The notes beneath the pieces were generated by a model, which made no database searches, had not been told where the DNA came from, and saw nothing but the letters and a program-made list of their open reading frames with translations. A stretch of DNA of 61,940 bases, filler included, from Choristocarpus tenellus KU-1152 (taxonomy: Eukaryota > Protista > Phaeophyceae): NCBI GenBank assembly GCA_964200185.2. It is 12 parts of 12 records of this genome, joined end to end, with 100 filler letters (N's around TTAATTAATTAA, not from the genome) between each part and the next. Parts side by side here need not be neighbours in the genome. Positions count along the whole stretch, not along the records: positions 11,620 to 15,206 come from CAXNAD020019091.1; positions 15,307 to 19,577 come from CAXNAD020015362.1; positions 19,678 to 27,006 come from CAXNAD020006325.1; 9 more parts are not named here. One strand, 5' to 3'. The position numbers and the translations under genes are program-made. This document shows positions 12,397-25,928 of the stretch, piece by piece; position 1 is the first letter of the stretch, and each line of letters opens with the position of its first letter.

Positions 12397-13979
12397 ATGT
12401 GCTCGCTGTTAGACAGACGAGAAAACGGGCGAGAGGTTAAGTGAGTGTGCCAGAGTACTATGGGAGGCTCTCACTCATTGCTGGATGATACGTGTCGTCT
12501 CCTTCTGCGTATAATCAAGAACAGGGCTAAGCAATTTAGTAACCTGCATTGATTGGGCGAGCGAGATCATGCTGAACTCTGTCACAACAGATGCATGACC
12601 AGGGTGTGTAAATAAACTTCCATTGAACCCACCGCGATGCGCACGGTTCATCACGACCCACATGTGTCTGCTTTTTAGCTTCGATGATTGAAGCCTTGCA
12701 AGCATGCAGCCCTAACCCTAACCCCAGCTTTTTTCAATGGTAACTTTGAATCGAGATCCAACAATGTAACGTTTGACATGGGCGAGAGTACCAAAGTCTC
12801 CGCTGTGACCCCAGCGTTTCTCACAGAATGAAGAAAGGGGAAGGCGTTTTGGGGAGAGGCAAAACCATTCACCTCTCACAAGCTCGACCTTCGAAGCCTT
12901 CCTCGCATAAACACAGGGCAAGACTTCGGAAGCAGGTTCCCATGTTAGAGCACTCTGCCAGTGAGTGAGACTCATCTGGGTCTGGTCGAGGGTCTCTGGT
13001 ACGTGGTGAAGAGAGAATAGGGTATAGGGAAATAGTCATAATGCTGAAGGCGAAGTGGGGCTCGGGCACGGTCCTACAAACTTTGTTACATCTTGGGATG
13101 AAATCTGTTCTGACTTGGGTGCAATTGGCTGGTTGACACTATATCTCCAGCCTGTTCGGGTATGCTATACTAGCTTTGTGTAGGTATTGGCATTTGGGAT
13201 GGATGTCTGGCAAGGCAACAATCAAACTTCCATGAAGCAATGAGCCAAAGTATTCAAGAGGGTAGGAGTTTTGCCCTGTTTGTCCGTTCGGGGCTTGGTC
13301 TCCCAAGTTTTTTTTTATTTTGCCCCCTTTTCGATTTTCAGTGTGAACACAGTTACCTAAAATATTTACGACTATGAAATGTGTGTCCAGAGCAGGGATA
13401 TTGATACTTGCTAACAAACACGATAGCCCAAATTACATCAAATCGCAACATTGGATTTTGGACCCCGAATGGACGTGGCCCTACCCTCTTAGTTGCTTTG
13501 GGCCAATAGTGCTGGCTCTGGAATCAGGGAGTAGTGTTAAGGTTTTCATATCAAAGGTGTCAGACATGAATTGAGATAATCTGTGTATGAGTACTCTTCA
13601 TCAAACAGTATCACCGAACAACGTCCCATACCATCTACGTACTTACACACCGGACTTAAAGTCAGTAAAGCAAGGGTTATTAACTGCACAATAGAAGAAC
13701 CTGACTAATTAAATTGCGACATTATAGACACGCCTTGCCTTCGAAGCTACTCTTCATGTCTGAATTTAATCCATTAAAGGGTTCCCCAGAGGACAGGCAC
13801 GATAGCACTTTGGCAGGTGCATGGCCAACGGACTTTACTCAACTTACCCCCCAAGAACAGGACCCCATGATACTCCTGCGGGGCACACTGTCTCAGAACA
13901 GTCAGCTGCAATGTCACTGCCAACAATGTCCGAAAACGAGCCAAAACCATCCTCGCACAAGCACCTTTCTAAGCAGTGA
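12397..13979 (+). CDS. possible small spliced hypothetical protein
   Basis: Exons 12397-12440, 12827-12960, 13861-13979 are phase-compatible with GT-AG ends; KPSSHKH occurs twice; no homology recognised. Confidence 0.3.
13242..13504 (-). mobile_element. MITE family B, full copy
   Basis: GAGCCAAAGTATT...TGCTTTGGGCC, TSD AAT/AAT, colinear with 28363-28625. Confidence 0.85.
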
Positions 13980-15153
13980 TCGCATTCACCTTCAGGGGGT
14001 TGGAGTAGACCGAAGGGGGTATGTGAGAGATTGTTCACACAGAAGCTTACTGCTTCTGATAATTCCTGCTGCGTCGAGGGGTAGGGGGAAAACATATTGT
14101 GGATGACACTCAAAGAATAGGAGCCAGGACAACATGAGAGTGAAAATCCGTGAAATTTGCTGTGGACTTCTGTCCTGCTGCAAAAACCCAAAGGTCAATG
14201 ATGCACCAAAATAGAAAGGAATCATGTTAACTTGAGATATCAGCATCAAATCTATTCAAGAGTTTTTTTCGTAAAAATATTTGAGAATTTTCCCCAAACC
14301 ATTGTCTGAGAGTACAATTCAACATGCTGAGAAGGCACAGGAAATACACTAGACCAAGAAACCCCATGTTGATCTCATCTCTCAGAGATGATATATATGG
14401 TTCGAGTTTTCAGCCACAAGTACTTTCTTTGTTATTGTGTTGATCTGCTCGAGGGGTTTCAGGCACAGTATGAACTCACCTGGAACATGCAGACAAATTG
14501 GATGGCACGGGAGTCGTAGGCAGACAAAACAAGGCTGTGTTTTCCTAGGATTTCATAACGCCTGACTGAGGTTATTTCTCCTTCATCGTGCGGCGTATCT
14601 TTCACATGGCATGCTTCTCATTGACTCAGTGCCTTGGTCTGAATTCTAATGCTTCTAGTAGTTATTATGTCAACAGCAATTGCCTCTGGGTACATGTCAT
14701 TGGCAAGGCACGTATATACATTTTCCCACGGATTAGGACCGCTTACGGGACAGTTAGTTAGACTATCTGAATTGTCATGCTCCAAGAATCGCCCTTGAAG
14801 CTAGAAAAAGCATTGTCAACGCAATAACATGGTGTACACACTATTAGAATTGGAAGATACCTTATCCATAGAGTTCATAGTGCCGAGAACAATGTCATTC
14901 TCACCCTTATCATTGCAGTAGTTGAGATTGGTACAACCCTGACCTAAAGCCTGAGTGAAGCTGACCTCATCTGAGTAGTTCCACGCTGGCCAAGAGGCTG
15001 ACTCAATAGATATGGTTGAGGAAGTTGAGTTTTCACCCAAGCCACACTAACAAGGAGTAGGGAGTGGGACAAAGAGGTTAAGATCAGAAAAAGATAACAA
15101 AATAGAGAGTGAAATGAATATTTGAAGGTCAGGGCAGCGTAGGAAAGCTGAGT

Positions 15154-15206
15154 GGCTCAAAGTATCTCGGGGGGGGGGGGCAGGTGTTCATTTGGGGTCA
15201 ATTTTT
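15154..15206 (+). mobile_element. MITE family A, left end, truncated by contig end
   Basis: GGCTCAAAGTATCTCGGGG...GTTCATTTGGGGTCAATTTTT. Confidence 0.85.
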
Positions 15207-15306
15207 NNNNNNNNNNNNNNNNNNNNNNNNNNNNNNNNNNNNNNNNNNNNTTAATTAATTAANNNNNNNNNNNNNNNNNNNNNNNNNNNNNNNNNNNNNN
15301 NNNNNN
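15207..15306. other. artificial contig linker
   Basis: N44-TTAATTAATTAA-N44. Confidence 0.99.
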
Positions 15307-15407
15307 GTGAGAGGAACCAGTCAACCCTCTCACCCCACCCCTCCAAGGTTGACCCAACCACCCTCTCCCAACTCCTCATTATCTTCGTCTTCTCAATCTT
15401 TCTCAAG

Positions 15408-16515
15408 GTAAGGACAGTAATCACCAGATAATAGTAGAGCCCTGAAACTCTACTGCACTCAAATTCGGTGTGTTTCAGAAGGGACTGTGGTGGTCAAGGT
15501 AGTTCATTGCGTGGGGCCTATACTATGGGCAATCATGGATAAATGAACACCCAAATTCAGCCTTGTCAACTTTGCTACAAATGTTTGTCGTTCGAGGTCA
15601 TATCGTTTGGAGTCCTCGCTACTGGTGCAGATTTAGAGGTATTAAACTTGAGGATGTTGGTAGTTGTGCCGATTGAATGACTGGCTGAAATTGTCCTGAT
15701 GAAATGGATTAAGTATAGAATATGCACGAAAGGTGTTGTAAGCTTAGGGTTCGCAACGTGCTCGTGAGAAACACTGGTTTCGGGAAGATGTGATTGCACT
15801 GGTGGTAACAGGGTGACTTCGCCGTTCTCAAATGGTTGTGACACTAGGAAGGTACCAAAGAGAGCGCTGAAAAACGACTTTTCAGCAGAACTGTTGAAGT
15901 GTAATGTTTTCCAAACCGCTGTGAGATAGATAACTCCTACGCATTCACCCCTAGTTGGCAAGGAAGCCCAATACTTCCGCAGTAAGTTGAGTAATGATAG
16001 GAAGGATAGAACATTGGAATGCCTACATTACTCAGATAAAGATTACTCGTGAGTAAATGTTACTCTAATTGAAGTGGAAGTCGTCCGGGATGGGTCCCCG
16101 GACTGGTCGAATCCCGACATGTTTTTGTGGAGGCATCAGCATTGCGTTCCTCTCCAGTTCCCTTCTGTCAACAAGAATGAACCTTCCGTGCATTATTCAT
16201 TGCTGTGAGAGTTTTCTTGCACAACGGATGCGAAGCGTGACATGTTGCTTGGAGGTTGAAAATATGTGTAGGTCAATGAAGTCCTGCACTGTGGGCCACT
16301 AGTGCACGTTGACTCCACCCACATCCTCTTTAGCTGACTAAGCTGGCACAGTAAGCTTGCTATATATTGCTCTCATAAACTTGAACCACAAGGGGTCTTG
16401 CATTTTGTCCTATTAGGGTCTGCAAGCATGTCCCATTTATCACTTCTTGAAGAAGTCAATTGTGAAACATCATACCATACTCAAATATCCCAACCAACTT
16501 ACGTGTGTCCCACAG
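15408..16515 (+). other. probable 5'-UTR intron of eIF5A
   Basis: Strong donor AAG|GTAAGG at 15408 after a pyrimidine-rich leader; acceptor CCACAG ending at 16515, 7 nt before the ATG. Confidence 0.5.
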
Positions 16516-16522
16516 CTTTATC

Positions 16523-18289
16523 ATGGCTGAGGATAAGCTGAATGACTATGACTTCACAGGTACCGACGCTGGTGCCTCCCACACCATCCCCTCTGAAGCA
16601 GGCCAGATCCGTAAGGGTGGCTATATCGTGATCAAGGGTCACCCGTGCAAGGTCAGACCACTTAATAGTGGATGTGAACATTTACTAAAGACTAGAAAAA
16701 GATTCATCTGCATATTTCGTTCTTAGGGACAACTTACAAACTTATCGATTTTTTGGTTGGGGTTGGGTTCTGTAATAGACACAAAGTGCAGTGATCCCAG
16801 CAGCCGTTTCAGGCATTTGGTGTTATCAGCAGGACATGATTGTTTGTATCAGTCAGAGCTGTTGGATGTTAATGGTTGAACATGAACACAACTACAGTGG
16901 AATGATAAGGATGGATGTCTGTATATGATTCTCACATTGCAGTTCAGAAAGGCTTGAGATCTTCTATTGTTTCCAAAACATTTCTCATCAACAGTAGGCA
17001 TATCTATTGAAGCTTTAGCGCAATTTAGAACGAAATTGGTCACTGCACTAATGCATTGCCAGATGACTTCTGAATTACTCCTCTGGTACCCAGTTTGGAA
17101 GGGTGACCTTAGGAACGATTCTGACCTTGTAAAATCTTGCCCCTACATCTAATTCATTTCCCCTCAGCAGAAGGCTTCATTGATGTGTAGTGGATGGGTA
17201 TATGCATATCTGGCCTTTGGTTCACGTTTTTTTGCTTGGATTATTGTTACAGTTGAAAAAGGCTAAGAAAGGAAGTATATTTGACCTTCATATTTACATT
17301 ACTGTGTACCCTCCTTGGTCCAGAAGTGATAAATACCTCCTCGTGGAGCACTTTAGTGTCATTCTGTACAGTTCTTTCCACTAATCTTTTAATCACCCAA
17401 TTGATATTGTGCTTTCTCCTCTGGGGGTGAGGGCAGGTTGTGAACGTGTCCACCTCCAAGACTGGCAAGCACGGTCACGCCAAAGCCAACTTTACTGCCA
17501 CAGACATTTTCACCGGGAAAAAGCTAGAGGATGTAATCCCCTCAACGCATACTACATCTGTCCCTGTTGTGAGGCGCAATGAGTACCAGCTCCTAGACAT
17601 ATCTGATGATGGCTTCTGCTCACTGCTCACCGGTAGGAAGTGATAAAAGGTGTTAATAGTGGTAGGGTGCTTTTATTGGCCCCTGCCCTTACCTCTGTGT
17701 GTGTTACACGCTCCTTTGACAGTACTGTTTATGGCCCTTAGTGAAAGCATCCCTAAAAACAGGAGTATTTAGTGAGGTCTTTGCTAGTAAGAGTGTGCAG
17801 TCTGGGTTTGTGTTTTTAGATTCTGTTCAACGCAAACATTTTCCATTTTTGCTCTGTTCCATGACTATGTTTGCCTATAACAGAGGAGGGTGACACCAAG
17901 GATGACCTGCAGTTGCCTACTTTCCCTGAAGGATTCGGCAATGAGATCAAAAATCAATTTGATGAGGGGAAGACCCTGGTGAGAACAAGCAAACTGAATT
18001 GAAGCGTATCACATTATGTCATGCGGTTGATGTTCCTTGTACACATACAGCCCTTTGAGTGAACACTATCCACAAGAGAGTCTCATTACCTTACCATTAA
18101 GTGCAGATGTTAAAGCTCCATTTTGGGTCATGTTATCCCCTTGTCCCCAATCTTGTACACCATACACACTTCCCTTGATAATAACACATCTTGTTGAAAA
18201 TTTATTGTGGGAACATTCAACAGGCTGTGACAGTCATGGCTGCTATGGGGCATGAGCAGATCGTCGCGTACAAAGAGGAGACCAGTTAA
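16523..18289 (+). CDS. eIF5A: eukaryotic translation initiation factor 5A, complete, 161 aa
   Basis: Exons 16523-16651, 17437-17632, 17884-17978, 18224-18289 (486 nt, all GT-AG); hypusine loop [12 protein letters not shown]; N-terminal DAGASHTIP...[15 protein letters not shown]. Confidence 0.97.
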
Positions 18290-19577
18290 GGTACCTGGTT
18301 ATTGTGGAGGAAGTGAGGTGGGGCAGAAGGGAAAGGAAGAGGCAGCAGCCTCAAGTTTTGCCATCAATTTCTCCCTGGCTGCTGCTGTGGTGTCCCATTA
18401 CCTTCCCTGTTCCACGACTGTGCATCGGTGATGAATGAAACATTGCCTCACAAATCGTGGTCCTTCTGGGGATTGCTAGTACATTTCTATGTATGGCTTG
18501 CCTATGTCTATTCGTTGCCTGCTTTGGAGTGTGCTGTGCTGGGCATCTCGAGGCTGGTATGGGTTTCTATGGGGCAGTTGTTTGGGTGGGGGATGTTGGA
18601 TCAGGGGTTAGGAAGTTGTTTGTTTGTTGGTGCGAGTTAAGGAACAGTGCCTTGCTTGCAGACCTTCAATGCCAATAGGTAGGTCTTCTTTTCTTTAGTT
18701 TGGGTGGATCAGCAGGTCAGTATTGGAATGAAGTTATGCATGCCACACTTGGATCATCCAGTGTGTCCAAAAAGATATGAGTGTGGAGTTGGGTGGGGTG
18801 GAGAAGAACTGAGTTTAGTGTGCTTGAGTTAGTAGGTGAGAGGGTTTGTTAGATGGTTGAGGCGTGTGCAGAGAGTAGGCTGTATTACCCCCTCTGGTGT
18901 CAAGCATGGCTGCCACATTGCTGCGAAGGCAGTGGTGTAGGGTGTTCCCCCCTCTTGGGAGGTGTTTGTTGTCCAAGTTGGAGTTAAAGTGGTTGCTTCA
19001 TCTGAGTTGTGGCGTTAATAGCAGAGTGTAAAGCCATTGACTACTTGGTGAACGCAGAGTGTTTGTCCTAGCATGCTGGTAACCTTTCTTGTTCATCTCA
19101 GTTTGTATTGGGATGTGAGGTTGATAGAATATTCAACAGTTGAGATAAGGGTGGATTTTACAGCTGGAGGGTTGTTTGAAGAGGTGCTGTACCAAACTTG
19201 CAAGTCCTAGGTCACTCACCTTTTCGACCTTGATACCTCCCTCCGCCCCAGCGCACAGATTTGTTCCCCTTATCCTCTTAGCTGACTGTGGTTACTTAAT
19301 TGGTCTGCAAGTAAGTGGCAGGCTCGATGAAGGGGAGACATGGGATGGAAGAGTTTATTTTGTTTTTGTGGCTGGGGTTTTGGCATTGCTTAGTTGTGTG
19401 GGGCGAAGGTATTGATTTTCATTGACGTCATCCTTTGTCAAGGAGGGTAGGTTTCCATACTGTCAAATTGAGCCTCCTCCCCCTCTTTTCCTCCTTCCTC
19501 TTCCTTCCCCCCCCCCCCCCTCCATTCTCAATTCCTTCTCCGCCCTGATGTTTGGCTTTTCTTCACTAGTGCCTACG

Positions 19578-19677
19578 NNNNNNNNNNNNNNNNNNNNNNN
19601 NNNNNNNNNNNNNNNNNNNNNTTAATTAATTAANNNNNNNNNNNNNNNNNNNNNNNNNNNNNNNNNNNNNNNNNNNN
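19578..19677. other. artificial contig linker
   Basis: N44-TTAATTAATTAA-N44. Confidence 0.99.
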
Positions 19678-20144
19678 CCTTGGGTTTGGGGGGGTAGGAA
19701 GGGTGGGGGTCAAGCCAATCATAAGCCAGTAGACAAATCCCCCCCCAAAAAAATATGGGAGGCTATAATCAGGTGGCCTAGGCTAAAACAAGTTACTTGA
19801 ATAGTTCCTTGATTATACTACGTAGTACTTAAATTCATCACATCTTCACTGCGAAATTCTACATCACCGATCCATGACCACAGTAATAAGGATATACTTC
19901 CCAAAATGGATTAAACTGTAAAATGAATAAGATGTCCTCAAGGAGAGCAAAAGGTTGGAGGAACTATCCCTGCTGCTTCTGGGCCAAACTTGAGTTGTTC
20001 TATGGGGCACTTCCCCTCGTCGGGTTGTGACATATTACAGTATGTACTATTATACTTGTTCTGTATGGCTGCTGTTGCGCTACCCAACAACAACAGGGTT
20101 TTGGCGCTCTTTCCTTGCCTCACAGTCGAGCAAGATATTCAATG

Positions 20145-20322
20145 GACCCAAAGTATCTGGAGGGGAGGGGGAATCTACACCAGGGTGTCCATTTGGACCA
20201 AAACCTGGAAAAGTGCACTAACATAATCCATCTGACGTGTGTAACCAACTCACCCAAATATTGCAGCATGAAAAATTGACCCCAAATGGACAGCCGTCAC
20301 CTCCCTCCAGATACTTTGAGCC
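20145..20322 (-). mobile_element. MITE family A (~175 bp), full copy, inverted
   Basis: GACCCAAAGTATCTGG...CCAGATACTTTGAGCC; reverse complement of the copies at 20390, 24350 and 54899; flanks ATG/AAC do not match. Confidence 0.9.
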
Positions 20323-20389
20323 AACATGGTTTTCTTTGGCATATTTGAGCCGATTTGTTTGGCTTGAAGGCATCGAAAAATTCATTAGA

Positions 20390-20571
20390 AGCTCAAAGTA
20401 TCCGGGGGTGTGTGTGGTCGCTGTCCATTTGGGTCCCATTTTCCATGCCGCGATTCTTGGGTGATTTGGTTGCATGCGTCGGATGGATAATGTCTGTGCA
20501 CTTCTCCTGGTCAGGGCCCAAATGAACACCCTGGTGTAGGCCTCCTGCCCCGCCCCCAGATATTTTGAGCC
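20390..20571 (+). mobile_element. MITE family A, full copy
   Basis: AGCTCAAAGTATCCGG...CCAGATATTTTGAGCC, TSD AGA/AGA. Confidence 0.9.
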
Positions 20572-20781
20572 AGATGTTGTGATTGAAGTGCATAATCTCT
20601 TGTAAGAATATAAATCAGGTGGTCATTCTTCTCCTACAGACATTGTCTCCTTTCTGGTCAGTAAGGTGCCATGACTGTATGTGGATGTTCCTGCGGTTAA
20701 GCTGACCTAGGACTATTGTGCGCAACAGCTGTGCTGCAGGTACTTTGTGTACTATGCATATCAACAAACTCGCAGACATAC

Positions 20782-23700
20782 CTCAACGATTTTGCTGTCG
20801 GTGATGGTGATGAGACCCTTGTCCCCACAGCCAAGGCCGGCTAGGGCAAAGTTCTTCAACAACTCGCAACCGAGTGCCCCACACCCAAGCTTTGCAAAAC
20901 CGTTTGAGTTAGGGCATTTGTGCCTGTGGGAAATAATGTTGTTGGGATGTGTGAAGCAACTCTTATCTTTCAAAGTAAGTCAATTTTAGGGTGACAGGTT
21001 GGTAGGGGTGGTCGTTTCCTCTCGTTACCAGTATGTCAAACTATAATGTGCTTGAGGCACTATATGACTGGCGCCCAACCACTGGTTTGTGGAGTTATCC
21101 GTGCTGCAGTACAATGAGCAGGAATAAAAGTAATAGGGCTGTGCATTTGGAGAATAAATGGAGGAATAGTTGTTGTACAGTTCACGACCTAGGTGATGTG
21201 ATATCCAGCCGTCTCCCTTGCCTTAATCTTTCCATTTGCTCACCACAAAGGGCCTCGCGTTCATTATGGTTACACGAAGAAATTCTTCCCCAAATAGTGC
21301 CAGAAGATGGTCATGCCTGCCACCTCGCGGCATGCTATCTTTGGGAGGCACTTCTGCAAGCATTTCCAAGAAGTCCATGTGCAGCCACTGTGTTATAGAT
21401 CCCCGTGCAAATCACACCAAATGAAATTGTTGGGGCAGAGGATGTTGGTCCTGACTCACAATGCCATCATTCGATCACCAACAAATAGCATCATACCACA
21501 ACAACCACAACCATGCGCACGTTGCAATGACTGGTGCTCATGTGGATTAGGAAACAATGTCAAAATGCAACCACTCCGGCACAAGATAACCCAAATTAAT
21601 ACAGAGCATTCTGTCCCTACACGAATCATGCAGGGAGCAACAAGCACACCATCCGAGTTATTTCATGGTGACCATGTACAGCTAAGGATGTTTGGAAGCT
21701 GAGGTCAGAATTTGGAACTCTTTGTGTTACCTTAGTCTTGCCTGATAAAGTGGAGTACACTTTCCAGTTGCCTTGATTACCTCTTGTGCAACAACCCCAC
21801 CAAAGTATGCTGCCAGGGGTTGTACCTCCACAGAGGAATACATGGCGACCTTCAGAATCAATCCCTGAGGGGTGATGAATGTGTGTGTGCATGTGTTATG
21901 CATGAGTCTGAAGCATGTGGACGCATGTGCGGGGTGTGTGGGTCCAATGACCACACTGTGCAGTCCAATCTTTTTCCACGCCAAACCATAAATTTTGGAT
22001 TGTGGACATGCAAGAGTAAAAAAATCTCGATACTAGCCTGATCTACCATTTGCACCCTGCCGTAATGAGAATAGGGCCTGTCCTTTTCTCGCATACTCAT
22101 CTACTCAGATGATAACATAAGTAACAATTTATAGTGTGATATCCTCAGCTCAGATTGCTGGAATCAAGTATGCCTGCACATTCTTCTTGTCAGATAACTC
22201 TACCATACTACTACGAACTGTATTCCTCAAGAAAAAGAGTAAGGTTTTGGGTAGATTGATGGTGACTTGAGGAAGATATTTCTACTGTCATATTCCAGTT
22301 GGTTGCTATTGGTACATACCTCATCGAGAGTATCCAAGCATAGTGCAGAACCTTCCTCCACCTTCTTGAGCTCACAGTATTGTGAGTTGATCTGACAAGA
22401 GAACCCATATATGTATGCGCATGTAGATCAAGAACAGCAAATGGGTGGGTGTATTGTACACACATTATACCGCTAATATGTATGCACATGTGCTGATGGA
22501 GGTTTGGGGATGCGATTATGGTGGTGGCCTTAAGATTGATTCACAAGCTGAAGGTAGCCAACCAAAATAATGAGAATGAGAAGGGATGAAAGAAGGCTAA
22601 GGAGAAGACGATTACAGCACACTATAACATTAACATGCGTAAAAGATCATAGAACCCTCACCACCCATAGAGCACAAATAAACAGACACAAGAACACAAC
22701 AGCTGAAGTATGCGTGAGTGATATAGTTGTGCAGTGGATAAAGCTACGCTTGTGCTGCAAAACATTGGAGGAATAAAGAAGGGTGAGAAGGGCACAAATA
22801 AAGTCAACCCCAGGATATTAAAAGTACAACTTCAAAATCTCCACTTCAAGACATCTCCTCCCCTCACCCCCAGATCATCATTTTGAAGAATCGTAATCGC
22901 ACACAGTACTTTTGCAATGAGACAATGAATCAAACATGGTGATGAGGACAGCAAACATGAGTCTTAGAGACGCTCAAGGAATAAAGAAATCCTAGTCAGA
23001 GGAGGATAAAATTTAAGGCACAGACAACCTCTAGAAGTGGCACTACCCAACCGGTCAATATAGGAAGGGGCAGTACAGCATGAAAGAGGCAAGTCAATCA
23101 TCCAAGCAAGGTCAAAGTTCTTCCCTGAGGAGATAGGCAGTGACATCCCGAGAAGGAAGAAATGATGTATGGAGGACATAAGCTAACTTATATGGTTACC
23201 CCCCTAAATGTGTTTTGTAGGTACAAACTTTGAAGCGTACAGAAGGGTTCTCCCCTCCCTCTCTCCCTCCCTCTCTCTTAGTTGTCTGTTTTACAGGGAG
23301 AAGATCATCTGTCATCCTATCTGCCTCCTAGCTACATTCATCGATGCTAGTGCATTTTCTACCTCACCCTAGGCTGTCCCTTATTTTCCTAACCCCACTT
23401 CAACATGCCTCTCTCTGGCAAACTATAACTGCCATGGAGATACCCCATTGTGTCTTCTTCACAGGATTTGCAAATAGGCCTTCCATTTCAGGCACAAAGC
23501 CATTGAAAGAAGAGTAAGGATAATTCTCCACTGGTCCTCAGTGTTTCCCAGTAAAAACATAGCCTGAATCAAAGTTGAAGCTTGGGATGTTCCAATATAG
23601 AAGACTATTCTACCTGTAATATTTACACATCTCCTATCTTTATTTTTTTTATGTCACATTCAACATATATATATATATTCCATGCATATTTGCACTATCC

Positions 23701-25928
23701 TCAAGACCCCACCAATGCATGCCTTCCGTTTCACCCCCTCCTTCCTCACCTCATCTGCCAGCTGTACTACCTGCTTCGCCTCCTCCCGATTTCCAGGCTT
23801 CGGCAGTCGCCCAACCTTTCCCCAGAAGGCCCAAAGGCCCAGCAAGGTGATGTGGAGTTGCTCTGCCCGGCCAATCTTTGCCCCATCAGTGATGAGGAGT
23901 TCAGATTCTCCCTCTGCAACCTGCCACAGGTCGTTGAATGCAGACAAACAAGGGTATCACCACCACAAACAAGGTTTCAAACTGTCGAACCTCTTGCTTG
24001 ATTGACTTTGGACACCTGATCAGTTTTCTTGGTACCTGTTAGGTGGGCGTTTGTTTGCACTTGTGCCTGTTGAGTGCCAATTGTACTAATACTACATACA
24101 CTTGAGATATGGACCGCTGGAAACACATGCACAGGATGCAATTCATAGATGACGGCTTTCATCCCTCTAGGGTGTTTCTAAACCGCAGTAGATCAAGATT
24201 AAAAGTCGTCAATGGAGATATGTACTGGGAAAATTGACCGCTGCCTCAATCCAGTATAATTCACTTCTTTACCAAACAATATCCATCTGCAATTGCTGTT
24301 CAAGAAGCCATTAAGTCAACATTGGATTGCCAAGACAGTGAAAGTGCATGGCTCAAACTATCTGAGAGGGGGTGGCAGCTGTTCATTTGGGGACATTTTT
24401 TTCATGTCACGATATTTAGGTGGTTTGGTTCCACACGTTGGATGAATAGTGAAAGTGCACTTTTCCTGGTGTCGGTCCAAATGAATACTCTGGTGTAGAC
24501 CCCCCCCCCGCCAGATACTTTAGGTCCATCCAATCACCTTCTATATGCTATACTTCAAATCACAAGGCCCTTTTGATGAAAAATAGCTCTTTTCTCCCAT
24601 ACCCCAGAGGTAACATGCTCTAGATATTGCTTCATTTAGTTAATGTCAAAATATCATCTAGGTAGATGCACGTTGACAATTATCCACTGCATATAGTATG
24701 ATACCGCAGTGAAGTTCAGAGTATGTATCGCTTTGATTGATTTGACCAAAGCTCCAACGCTGTCATGCCATGGATAGGGGTCAAGGGTAGAAGGCAACCA
24801 GAGGGGTTGGGGATGGGAGTATTGAGGGGGAGAAATAGTCCCCATGTAGTAAGTGGTGTCCGTGCAACAGAGGCAAATACTCACTGGCTGTTGGAGACTC
24901 TTCTTCAGTGTAAAGAATGACTTCGTCACAGGTTTCTTAACCTAAAATAGATTATTAGACGGGAAGGGGCATCAGGGGTATTACATTTCAGGGCAACACA
25001 GCAGGAAATGAGGTGGGCAAGAGAGATTTGAAAATCAGAGCTGCCTTCTATTAATAGATATGCTTAGGATATGGCATTCGCATAACTTTTCCACCCTTGG
25101 AAATGTTTTCTGAGGGTGGACTTAGTTTCTCGCAATACAGTTACAATGTTGGTAGCAAGAGGGATGGAAGCGGGTGGCAGGAGTTGAGAAGTTCGTCACC
25201 TAACATCACAATAGGACGATACTCCCTGAGACTCATTCCAAATACATACCCTTCCTTCTGCAAGCGTTTGATATTACTTTACAACATGACACTGCAATTG
25301 TATGAATGGTCAAATTGCAACAAACACATGAAAAATCTCTTCCACTAATCCTATTGATTTTACACCAAATCAAAATATATTTCTGTTCTTCTCATTTTAT
25401 TAAGTACCTCTCTGCTGTTTGTTACTTAGAGAACCCCATCAAGGTAATTAGTTGCTTGCTTTGGCAGTTGGCGCCCTAATCTATTCCTTCACTCTAAAAC
25501 ACAACACAAGTTGATGCATTGGCATCTGCATTCAAGTTCCTCCCTCACAGACTCTTCCATGAAGATAATAATCTATCTGTTCTGCACTTTGTCACAAGGG
25601 AAACTCATTGCTTCAAAGCACTCTTCATAACTTTGAAGTGCTTCTGGGCAACATAGTTTACACCAGCCCTCCAAACACAAGGGGCAAGTGGGATGTGCTA
25701 CGCTTGGGTGTTAATTTCCCATTGATGATTTCAGAGTAGAGACTTGGGGTTGGAGACAATGCCCAGGAGACAGGAGGAATTGGGGAGTGAAGTGGGAGCC
25801 CTCCAGGACCACACCTGAGTCGCAATTCCCCCATTATAGTATGCTGAGAAGCGCCTTGTGTCCGTCAACAATCTTAGCTGGTAGGGCTTGTCCACTCTCT
25901 CCTTGATGGTCACCATCTCACCGTTGAC
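20782..25928 (-). CDS. UBA1: ubiquitin-activating enzyme E1 (UBA1-like), internal fragment
   Basis: Seven phase-0 exons: 25815-25928, 24885-24941, 23750-23920, 22320-22391, 21742-21864 (GC donor), 21244-21387, 20782-20889. Motifs [67 protein letters not shown]. Confidence 0.9.
24350..24526 (+). mobile_element. MITE family A, full copy in a UBA1 intron
   Basis: GGCTCAAACTATCTG...CCAGATACTTTAGGTC, TSD CAT/CAT. Confidence 0.9.
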
